A stretch of DNA of 64,000 nt. Origin: Pecten maximus. Its lineage: Eukaryota. The stretch lies in contig NC_047017.1 of NCBI RefSeq assembly GCF_902652985.1, positions 8,370,001-8,434,000 on the forward strand. Direction: 5' to 3'. Positions within the stretch are counted from its first letter, which is position 1, and each line of letters begins with the position of its first letter. Below, in pieces: positions 13,714 through 26,400 of this stretch. The position numbers were made by a program, and so were the translations under genes. A model generated the notes under the pieces. It was not told the origin of the DNA. It was given only the letters and a program-made list of their open reading frames with translations, and made no database searches.

Positions 13714-14610
13714 TAACAAGACCATGTCGGCCTGCATTGCTCACCTGGGCTTCACTTCTTTATTATGAAAAGGTACGAAGCAACCCTGGAACAAAGAAGG
13801 GACACCATGAGGAGAAGGTACTGAACTGAGGTCAAACTGGAAGAAGTATTTAATATCATAATCCCAAAATATTTAGTGTTTTAACAAATTTAACCCCAAG
13901 ACCTTGGATACAGGAAGAAATTTACAGGTGTTATACAAGGAACCTACATTTACCAGCCATGTACATATGCATATTGATTCTAGGCTTTTAGTTATCAGCA
14001 GAATTCATTAGAGTGTGTTAACAAAGTTGATCCCAGTGACCTTGAAAATGGGTCAAGGTCATTTCTTTGGGAAAATATTTTATGTAATCCAAGCAACCTA
14101 CATGTGCTAGCCTTGATTTTGGCAATTTATTGATCTGAAAAGTTTGTTTACCTGTGAACTTGAATATGGGTCAAGGTCAATTTCTTTTGGCAAACTTTAA
14201 TTTGTAATGTGTTGTCCAAGCAATCTTCATGTACTTGTCACATACATATACCTTGATTCTAAGCCTTTTAGCTAATCAGGAAAATCTTTTCAACATACAT
14301 GTATCAATTTACCCATGACCTGTAAAATGAGGCAAGGTAATTTCTTTTAACAACTTTGTTGAGCTTTCTTCAGATACCAACCATCAAAATATCTTCATTC
14401 TAGACCTTTTGTTTATCATTGGAAGTCAATCGAATATTATAACAAAGTTGACCCTGTGACCTTGAATATGGGTCAAGGTCATTTCTTTTCATAGCCCAAA
14501 TATGAAGATTCTTGGCATTTTGTTTTTTTGAGATGAAATTACTTATCGGTTAACACCGGATAAACTGACAATACACCACAGCATAAGATCACTCGGTCCT
14601 TTGGAAAAAC
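13714..14610. mobile_element. Degenerate HINE-like element with decayed internal repeats
   Basis: Begins AACAAGACC...GCTCACCTG and has recurring GTGACCTTGAA(A/T)ATGGGTCAAGGTCA palindromic motifs at ~14036, ~14154 and ~14456. Confidence 0.5.
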
Positions 14611-16884
14611 AACAAGATGTGACTTTGTGATTTTTATCTTAATTTTAATACAAAATTTGACAAAATAAGAGAATTGACTGTTGATGAGTTAAAATCAACA
14701 AATTTGTGTGCAATGCATACAGTACTAAGTAGCATTGCTAACTTATGTCTCATAATACGCATGTATGAAACATATATACTTCTATTGAATATTTCGTACT
14801 GCACTGAAATGACAGCAGCCTTTTATCTGTAAAAATTATACGATTATAGATAAAACTATCCAGGACTGTATAATAAGTCTTAATAATCAATTTGAAAATT
14901 TACAAATATTTTGTGTTCTACCTGGAAAGTAAAAGTGTTTAAACCCCATATAGATCATTTTAAGTTTTGAATTTCAAATATATCAAGAATATTTCTGAAG
15001 AAATATTTGTGATAATTTTTATAAACTTTAGATAGCTGTAAACATGGGTATTTCTTGTTGATGAAGAGAAATAAGTCTTAACACAGTTAAGAAGAACTTG
15101 GCTGTAATTATGAAATATGTTATTAGGGTCTGATATTATAAATTGTGTTGCATTTCTGTGTCGGTAATAAACAAATACACATCTGAGGTAAAACACTGTT
15201 TTCAAATCATTATCCCTCAGATAACATGTAAATGCTGTTTTTGATAATGATATTTTTTATTCGTAATTCTAGCTAATCACTGTCACAGTGGTAACATATA
15301 AATTATTTTAAAATGCTGTACTAAAATTTAATAAAACTGGATTCAAAGTGCTGTACTAAAATTTGATACCAGATTCAGACTTATATTATGTTACATTTAA
15401 TTTAATACTATTTAACACTTACTTGCATGAGATGACATGTTCTCATTGTTAAAGTTTTTGTTTTGTTGGAGGAATTGTGTGTCCAAGATAAACAATCACT
15501 AATATCATATATATCAGACAATTTGCCCATGCCTTGTAACAAGCCCACGCCTGGTAACAAGCCCCTCCATGTCTATTGCAGATAGTAAAATGTTAACAAA
15601 TGCTACTAAATTTCCTTCAGTAAGTCGGGTCTAGACCTACTTTGGATAAAACTTTGAGTGACACCCAACCCCTGGGCTTGTTATGGATATGGCTGATCAG
15701 TGCAGACATCTTTTGTATGACTATATTAGGAATAAAACAAATTAATGAATTTTTACCAAACATGATTAGTAGAATGGAAACACATTTACATAAAAACTTT
15801 TACCAATATATTTCACTTTGACTGTACCCTTTAAATTTGATGACCTTGACTTCTGAACATTATAAAAATAGTAGCATGTGTCCACTTCAACTGGACACAG
15901 CTCGACTGCATGGAAAAGAAGAACATTGCATATTGTATACAAGGGTGGTAAAGCATCAGTATTTATGAGTAAAAAGCATGTCCGATTCTGATGACAAGAT
16001 GCATCATATGATGGTGTGTCACTGTCTTATTAATCCATTTATCAATGAGATAGAAAGAAATGAATGAATGCTAATGTAGCTCCCTAGCCAAGTAAAAATA
16101 TTGAGAATGCTCTCAACTTTTCCACCCGAACTCCAATCTCTTTTCAATGGTTGCCCTATTTTCATGATCAGAGGTCCCTAGTGAAAGTAAAGGAATTTCC
16201 TTATTAAGTTGAGAAATATTTAACTAGGATCAGTGGTGAGTTCTGTTAGCAGTAAATGCACATGATCAGGAGATGAAAACTTCGCACTGAAGTAAACAAA
16301 AAATCATTTGAGATCCATGCTGCTGGAAATTTAGTGATGATCTTTGAACACAATATAAAGTATACCTGAAAGTAGGATATGTACAGCAGGGTAATTTATA
16401 CCAATATATTTCATATATATATGTGTATCAAGATGAACATTTTCAAAGTGAGATTTTATGCGACCTATTGACTAGAGGAGTAAGCTGTCAAATGAACAGG
16501 ACACATTTGGGGTCTAGTGAAATTTGATATTCCAACATTTTCTGAGAAATAAACTTCAGCTAACTTCAACGGTCATATCCATCTTGAAAAGAGAGAAGCC
16601 AAATTTTCTTGATTGGAATGATTGATCATATACACTTTCAAATAAATTTTCCTGTACTTATCAAATATATTATGGGATATTTTTTGCTCAAAAACATTTA
16701 AATGCAGGTCAAATCTATGACGTTATCACTCCTGTTAAGTTAATATAGCTGCATTTCAGTTGGGAAGTTTTATCCTTTGTTGACAACTCTGAGTGTAATA
16801 TTAGACAAATTTATCTCCGTACAATTGCTACATTCTGTAGCTATAGCAGCCTTGAGAATAAGATTTGTGACAGCCTTTAGTCTG

Positions 16885-17310
16885 CTCACTGTATTGTCTA
16901 AAATAACTTGATAGCTCTCATTATATGTAGAAACTACACTGTATTGTCTGAAATAATCTGATAGCTCTCAATGTATGTAGAAACTACACTGCACTATCTG
17001 AAATCACCTGCAAGCTGATAGCTCTCAATATATGTAGAAATTATACTGTATTGTCTGAAATCAACTGATAGCTCTCAATATTTATAGACACTACACTGTA
17101 TTGTCTGAAATCACCTGATTGGTCTAAGTATATGTAGAAACTACACTGTATTGTCTGAAACCACCTGATAGCTCTCAATGTATGTAGAAATTACACTGTA
17201 TTGTCTGAAATCACCTGATAGCTCTCAATATATATAGAAACTACACTGTATTGTCTGAAACCACCTGATAGCTCTCAATATACTCAGTATGTAGAAATTA
17301 CACTGTATTG
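16885..17310. repeat. Minisatellite, 50-bp unit CTACACTGTATTGTCTGAAATCACCTGATAGCTCTCAATATATGTAGAAA, ~8 copies; probably in or near the BRMS1L 3' UTR
   Basis: 50-bp periodicity (17091, 17141, 17191, 17241). Confidence 0.9.
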
Positions 17311-17471
17311 AACACAAAACTGAAAATCCATGGAAGGAAGTAAGACATTCTCATCCACGCATGGAAACCACAACCATGTCATTTTTTCCACATCTATATG
17401 TGATGCTGTTTCTCCACCATGCATGTGCATGACTCCTTTTCTTCTGTAATGTTATACACAGGATATACACG

Positions 17472-20400
17472 TCATTTTTTTCGTATTTCTGGCACAGACG
17501 TCATCTGTATTAGGTCAAATCTCCAACATACACATCCATAAAAGTCATATCTTTGATATGAACCTCTTGCCAAGTCTCCGAACAACATGTCATGAGCCAA
17601 GACCGTTTCCTGAAAAATGAAAAACAAGTGAAAATTGTACATTGTATATAATGGTAAGTGATATATACATTATGTATATGAGTATGATCATAGTGCATTA
17701 TGGGTACACTTGACAGTCCAGATCTTTCCTACAAGGAACTGGATTGTTTGTAATATTTGGTCATAGATATATATGGTGAACAAAACAACATAGGCAATGA
17801 ATGTATTCACAAGCTTGTTCAGAAAGTGACAGCTCTGATGTCAGATTCTGATCTAAAATACAAGATAAGATTTGAATCAATATGTAAATATCAACACTGT
17901 TTTTGTATACCATACCTTTTTATATCAATGCACTATTTAAAACCTTCAAAACTCGATATCTGGTTTCCGCTTCTGATTTTGTTTTAAAGCCTGAAAAAGA
18001 TGAAGCATTTCATTAGTAACAAACACTCCATTTTGTTTGGGTTTATTTTGCTTAATGTCCTATTAACAGCCAGGGTCATTTAAGGACATGCTAGGTTTAG
18101 GAGGTAAATGAAAGCCCAAGTATCCGGAGAAAAACCATGGGCCTACATTCAGTACCAGGCAACTGCCCCACGTGGGATTCAAACTCGCAACCCTAGAGGT
18201 GGAAGGCTAGTGATAAAGTGTCGGGACACCTTAACCACTCAGCCACTGTGGCCCTTCTCCATTTTGTATGTCACACAAAATTATTGTCCTTTATTAACTG
18301 TAAACAATCATAATTTACTGGAGAGGATGTCAGTATTGTATATATAATACCGAAATAATAACGAAAAGAAGTATTGAATATTCAGAAATCAATTAATATT
18401 TTTACGATCAGAATAAAAATTAATCACATAAACTCACCTTTTTAATAGCTGTCCAGTCTTCAATAATATCAACATCTTTTAACAGGTATACAATATATGG
18501 ACCTGGGAAAGTTAAGGAAAAGTAAAGACAGAAATTGTATTTACACTACAGGTATACAATATATGGACCTGGGAGAATTGGTAAAACACACAGAAATTGT
18601 ATTTATACTACAGGTATACAATATATGGACCTGGGAAAGTTAAGGAAAAGTAAAAGACAGAAATTGTATTTACACTACAGGTATACAATATATGGACCTG
18701 GGAGAATTGGTAAAACACACAGAAATTGTATTTATACTACAGGTATACAATATATGGACCTGGGAGAGTTAAGGAACAGTAAAACAGACAGAAACTGTAT
18801 TTATACTACAGGTATACAATATATGGACCTGGGAGAATTAGTAAAACAGAAAGAAATTGTATTTACACTACAGGTATACAATATATGGACCTGGGAGAAT
18901 TGGTAAAACACACAGAAACTGTATTTACACTACAGGTATACAATATATGGACCTCGCACAGGTATATAATATATGGACCACACACAGGTATACAATATAT
19001 GGACCTCACACAGGTATATAATATATGGACCTCGCACAGGTATATAATATATGGACCTCACACAGGTATATAATATATGGACCTCACACAGGTATATAAT
19101 ATATGGACCTCACACAGGTATACAATATATGGACCTCACACAGGTATATAATATATGGACCTCGCACAGGTATATAATATATGGACCTCACACAGGTATA
19201 TAATATATGGACCTCACACAGGTATATAATATATGGACCTCACACAGGTATACAATATATGGACCTCACACAGGTATATAATATATGGACCTCACACAGG
19301 TATATAATATATGGACCTCACACAGGTATATAATATATGGACCTCACACAGGTATATAATATATGGACCTGGGATAATTAAGTAAAACAGACAGAAACTG
19401 TGTTGATAGTCTTTGGAAATACAGGGAAGATAAAGGTTTAAATGAGAATCTTTAAGCTAAGAGAAACTGGGAAATAACAGATTTTTTAGCTTCAATTTGG
19501 CATTCATGATAGTAGAAATGTGATCATGAGATTGAGGAATGTTTGTAATCAAAATGTTTTAAACACAGAGTTTTATACAAGAAAATTAATGTCTCTTTTC
19601 ATGGTATCAAAAAGATGAATGGGTTCAAATTTTAAATTGGCAATGAAAACAACAAACAAAATGCTATCCACGAATGCTAATGTCAAATGATATACAACAA
19701 TGCTAATGACAAATAATATACAACAATGCTATACAACAATGCTAATGACAAATAATATACAACAATGCTATCCAACAATGCTAATGTCAAATGATATACA
19801 ACGATACTATACTATTCAAACTAGTTCAACAATATTCAAAACAAACATCACCAATTAGCACTTTCAACTATTATTTATGGGCTAAACAACTGCTATTATC
19901 AGTTATCAAAATATTCATCAATATCAAGGTTTACCATATCTACAATTCAAAACTGAAAAGTAAATGGAAACGGCTATCTATGGATACAAGACATAACTAT
20001 TGAATTGACTTAACAAACAACTTCACAAATTATTGTTAAAAGGATACCAGCCACTGTCACCGGTTTCTTTCGTCTGTCAGGGTTTGACGGGTCTTTATTC
20101 TTTTTATTTTTCTTCATGAACTGTGATTCATTCCATAAATCTGAAGCATCAAGCACAGTAATAGATGTATATGTAGTAATTATAGCAACTGAACAAGAAG
20201 AAAACAGTAAGATGGCTTAAAAATTCAATACGTTGATTTATTATTTCTAAAGAAAACTAGAAAAATAAATTATTTCATACTTGGAGAGAGCCAAGTAAGT
20301 TGCAACATATGTGTGTATTTCCTTTGATGGTTTTTCAATGAAATGTGACGTCACAAATCTCAATGTGAAGCAAAGAATGAGAATTTTCATAAAAAATGTA

Positions 20401-23400
20401 AATTTTGATTTAGTCTAATGGGGACAACTCAAATCGAAATAGACAGGCAATATAGTTACACACACTCACTCAGCCTCAGAATGTAGTCATTCAAATATTT
20501 GAAAGAAACTACTGGAACTTTTAGGACCAGATTCTGCTAATGGATTGATAAATATTGAACAAACAGATAAATCTTCAATACACAGACAATTAACAGATGA
20601 ATATTCTATAATACGACAATTTGATTCCAGCATAAACTGGAACTATAAATTTTACAGCAAAACATTTTTTATCTGCAGAACTGAATTTTAAATTGTTTTC
20701 CTTTTCTTTTTTGATTCTTTAACCAAATTAACATCACTAATCAGTACATACAATTAATATTTATGGAACAAATAATTGCTGTTATCAGTTATCAAAATGT
20801 TCATCAATTAAGTGGGTTTCATATTAGACTTGAAGCTCAGAGAATTCTTCAATTTTACCTTTGTCAAGTGAAGTAAGAGTAAAAAACACATCTACATAAC
20901 CAAGAACCAAGTTATCTACATCGTACATACTGATGTGTTTTCATAAGTCTGCTACTCCCATCATATAAATGATAGAATCTTGGACATGAGTTTACCAATA
21001 TTTCTTTGCATTAACATAATTAAGACATTATCACAGAATACCTGATGAAATGTCTATGTTATGTCTATCTTCCTCTAGTCGACGGATCTTCTCCTCCAAG
21101 TCCTGCTTGACAGAGTCAAATAATATATCCTTCTCACTCTGAAAAATATAGAAAAAATCAATTTAATGAAATAGAAAATCAGAAATCTGAATATCAAGCA
21201 TTAATCAATGTTTTTTTTATTATAACAAGGCATCGTAAACGATACAAATCCCCTCGCGTGCTAACACATGAACTCTGACGCAAAATGGGGGGTGGGGATA
21301 TTGCAGGACATTGAAATAACATCAGTTGTCATTTGCACTGAACTGCAATAGACATGGATGGGCTTATGATCAGGCATGGGCTCATTGCCAGATAAATATG
21401 GTATATATTGTTATGCATTCAACAGTATCTGGTTATGCATCACACTAGCAACTTCATTTCCTGATAGTTATTATATGTGTGTATCTAAATGCATATATAA
21501 GCATTTTCGAGGTATTGCCATGCTGGACCAACATATGAAGTTTGGTCAGGATCAATTCAAAAATGAAGTCGCAACAACGCTGACAAAGATTTTCTATAAA
21601 TAGTAACGTGACCTTGACCTTAACCTTGGCGCCCTGAAACACGTTCTTGTTTGAGGTATTGCCATGCTTGACCCATATATGAAGTTTGGTCAGGATCCAT
21701 TCAAAAATGAAGTCACATTACAGCGCTGACAAAGATTTTCTATAAATAGTCACGGTGACATTGGCCTTGACCTTGGCGCCCTAAAACACGAACTCGTACG
21801 AGGTATTCCCATGCTGGACCCATATATAAAGTTTGGTCAGGATCCGTTCAGAAATGAAGTCGCAAGAGTGCTGACAAAGATTTTCTATAAATAGTAATGA
21901 TGACCTTAACCTTGACCTTTGCACCCTGAAACACGAGCTCGTTCGAGGATATTCCAATGCTGGACCCATATATGAAGTTTGGTCAGGATCCGTTCAAAAA
22001 TGAAGTCGCAAGAGCGCCAACAAAGATTTTCTATAAATAGTAACGCTGACCTTGACACCCTGAAACACAATCTGGTGCGAGGTATTCCCATGCTGGACCC
22101 ATATATGAAGTTTGGTCAGAATCCGTTCAAAAATAAAGTCGCAAGAGCGCTGACAAAAAGTGAACATACGTACGTACGTACGTATGAACGGAACGCTATA
22201 TCCCCCCTCCCCGACTTTCTTTGCGAGGAGATCATAAATGAAGAGTATAATGACTACCATACAACATAATGGAAGTGCATAAGACAACAAAATTATATAA
22301 TCTCCAATGTCAAAAGCATTCTGGTATTGTTTCAGTATTCTTGTCACTTGTCTAGTTCTCTTTTTTTTGGAAAGTGACAATACCTGGATTTACCTGGATT
22401 TACCTGGCAGGTGTCCATGATGATACAGAAGATGCTCATCTGCCAGGAACACCTGGTCTTATTTTCCATGTATTTTTTCCAATTTTGAGTTAATTTTTAA
22501 CTTTCTTTTGAATTACTTTTAGGACAATTTTCAGGTTATTTTAATTTAAACTTTCAACTATTTAAAATTCTTACTGATTAAATAGAGTTGGGTAGGCTGG
22601 TGGATTAAATACATGATGGGAAGACTTACCTCCATATTCTGTCTGGTGGATCAAGTGTATGATGGGTAGACTTACCTCCATATTCTGTCTGGTGGATCGT
22701 TTGATTCGAGTGTATGATGGGTAGACTTACCTCCATATTATGTCTGGTGAATTAAGTGCATGATGAGTAGACTTACCTCCATATTCTGTCTGGTGGATCA
22801 AGTATATGACGGGTAGACTTACCTCCACATTCTGCCTGGTGGATCAAGTGCATGATGGGTAGACTTACCTCCATATTCTGTCTGGTGGACCAAGTATAAG
22901 ATGGGTAGACTTACCTCCATATTCTGTCCAGTGGATCAAGTATATGATGGGTAGACTTACCTCAATATTATGTCTGGTGAATTAAGTGTATGATGTGTAG
23001 ACTTACCTCCATATTCTGTCTGGTGGATCAAGTATATGACGGGTAGACTTACCTCCACATTCTGCCTGGTGGATCAAGTGCATGATGGGTAGACTTACCT
23101 CCATATTCTGTCTGGTGGACCAAGTATAAGATGGGTAGACTTACCTCCATATTCTGTCCAGTGGATCAAGTATATGATGGGTAGACTTACCTCAATATTA
23201 TGTCTGGTGAATTAAGTGTATGATGTGTAGACTTACCTCCATATTCTGTCTGGTGGCTAGTTCTTCACTCTCAAATTTATTTTGGATACAAATTTTTCTG
23301 TATTCTTTAAGAATTCCTGAAATTATGCAAATAAATTGTTACTTGATAGGGTCATCAACAAATGCATATTACTGGTAGTCTGGACTGATAAGTGTGATAA

Positions 23401-26400
23401 TCATTTCTCTTCTTCAAATACCAAAATCACCTGTATATGTAAATGGAAACTTTATCTATTTTACAACAATCACAAAACCAGTTATATAAACTGATATAAT
23501 CATGCTTGTTGGCCCAAAGGAAATGTGCTAGGGGTATTCCTGTGGAAGGAAACCTGTGTATCTGCAGATCATGCCATATTCTTTATTAATGTAAACTACC
23601 GGTAATACACTCTTTATGTCGTATTATTTACCAATTAAACACTTTAATCAAAGGATAAGAAAAAGCCTGGATTCTCTAGATCTGCCCTTTTTAACTCTTA
23701 CCCCGACACCTGTATCCCTCAGGTTCCCACACTTTTGAATCCTTTCCCGACACCTGTATCCCCCGGGGCCCAGTCTTTTTGAATCCTCAACCTACAAATA
23801 TATCCCCCAGGTTCCCACCCTTTTTGAATTTTTATCCTACACATGTATCCCCCCCGTTTCCTACCCTTTTGAATCCTTACCCTACATCTGCAGCCATCAG
23901 GTCCCCACCCTTTTGAATCCCCTTCACCTGTATCCACCGGGACCCAGTCCTTTTAAATCCTCAACCTACACATACCATATCCCCCAGGTCCCTCCCTTTT
24001 GGAATTTTTATCCTACTCATGTATCCTCCAGGTTCCAACCCTTTTGAATCCTTACCCTACATTTGCAGCCATCAGGTCCCCACCCTTTTTAACCCTTACC
24101 CCTCACCTTTATCCACCGGGGGCCCCACCCTTTTGAATCATTACCCTACATCTACATCCCCCAACCTTTTAAATCTGTACCCGACACCTGTATCCCTCAG
24201 GTCCCCACCCTTTTAAATCCTTATCTGACACCTGTATCCCCAGTTCCCCACCCTTTTCAATCCTTACCTGATACCTGTATCCATCAGGTCCCCACTCTTT
24301 AAATCCTTACCTGACACCTGTATCCGTATCCTCATGTTATCCTGGAGCTCAGCCAGAGGATTAAGGTACTCTATAGCTTTGCCGGCCTTGACTTCCTCAA
24401 GTTTGGCTTCATACTGCCCCATCCTCTCCTTGTAAAGTCTAGGAACACAAAGATGATATTTAGTTTTATTGACGATATCCTCTGTGTCGACTAAGCCTAC
24501 TTATTTTCAATAAATCATGATATGGTACATGTATATTTATGGTCAGTTTGAACAAATTAAAGTTAAATAAATTTTGTTGAACCTTTGGTATCTTAATATA
24601 CCAAATTATGCTTCAGAAAATAATTGCAAGTTCAAAATATCAGAGTCAATAAATTATGCCCAAATATATAATCCTCAATACTCTAGGGTTACACCATATA
24701 TGGAAGCGAATGTATATACCAGGCTTGCGAGATCTAAGTTGAAGATTTTTTTAATATTAAACTAGTGTACATGATAGCTAATAAAACAAGAATTTTTAAC
24801 AGAAGTAAAAGCTGTCTTTAATTGGAACCTAATTATAGAGACATTATAAATATATGTGTGTGTTTGTCTACACAGAGTGACTTTTTTATTATCTGATGCT
24901 GTACATCAATATGTATATTTCATAATGTTCATACTTACTTATATTTAAGATCTGATGGAGGTTTGAGTAATTTGATAAGCAGGTCAACGTTCAAATAATC
25001 AGAAATGTATACTGTACATATATATCAAAATTGGAATTAGAGCACTTCAGATTAAAATGTTCACATGACAAATGATAGTTGATACAAAACCTTTTTAAAT
25101 TATGAAAGGACATGTACAATGTAAACCAAAGTATGTTTATAATGACTGTGTTAAAATTTTGTATACTAGCTAGAGTTATAGAATATGGAGCTAATCATAC
25201 ACAACTTTCAGTTACAAATCAAAACTTGTCCGATTGTTATCCATGAATACATACTGTTCTTTAAGATCTGTGAATTGTCTTTCCAAATCAATCATATCAT
25301 CCAGGAATTCATTTTTACGCCTCTCACATTCTTCTTCATCCAGTTCTGAAATTGAAAATCATGAGTTATGGATAAAATCATCTCATTGGGACATTCAGCA
25401 TTCAAACAAAGAGAGATTACATCACTAGAGTAGATATATATCACTTACTTATCAATCCAACATCAGCTATTGGAACAAAAAGCTCACAATTTATATGATT
25501 ATATGTTATAAATTTCCAATTAAATTAATTTAATGTGCATGTCATTTTCAGTTTTGTTTGTTTTATTTGTTTAACATCCTATTATATATTAACAGCCAGG
25601 GTCATTTAAGGACATGCCAGGTTTTGGAGGTGGAGGAAAGCCGGAGTTAAAATAGTCGGAGTACCCAGAGAAAAACCACCGGCCTACGGTCAGTACCTGG
25701 CAACTGCCCCACGTAGGTTTAGAACTCGTAACCCAGAGGAGGAGGGCTAGTGATAAAGTGTCGGGACACCTTAACCACTCGGCCACTGCTGCCCCCTCAT
25801 TTTCCGTACTTATCAGACATTCATGTAATGCAAACAATGGGGAAAATGCCTGTAGTGGGTTCAATCACTAGTACTTGTGTACAGGTGGAGATATGACACT
25901 ATATTACTAGCCTATTATAAGGTGTTTGGATTTTTCAAGTTCATGAAATGAGAATAAAAATTGGAGTGCTTGTGTTGGATTTAATAATACACTACTTGTA
26001 CATGTGACTATAGGTGTCTTCCACATTCCACATGAGTCTTCTTACATTTCTTTTCCTTTTTGCATATATATATACCCAGGAATTATCGAGCCTCCCTTTA
26101 GCCTATAGTGGTAGGATGCATATATATATACCCAGGAATTATCGAGCCTCCCTTTAGCCTATATATAGTGGTAGGATGCATATATATGCTTGCCTTGAGA
26201 GCAAGAGATCGCCAGTTTGAGCCCCAACACAAGCAGGATATTTTTCATTACTTCTTCCTATATATATTACAGATTTGGTGCCCTTGACCTCTCCAAGTGT
26301 ACCTGTAAGCTATAGGAGAGTGAGAAGCCTCCTTGAAGCTACATGGGTTATGGTTGTCTTCGGGGATGAAGACTTTGTTGATGGAGTGAGGAATGTAGAG

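Noticed and set aside
18483-19400. CRISPR-like appearance of repeats with intervening sequence (also 22600-23257 and 43272-45226)
   Set aside because: The intervening sequences are themselves repeated rather than unique spacers, there are no cas genes, and the context is eukaryotic introns.
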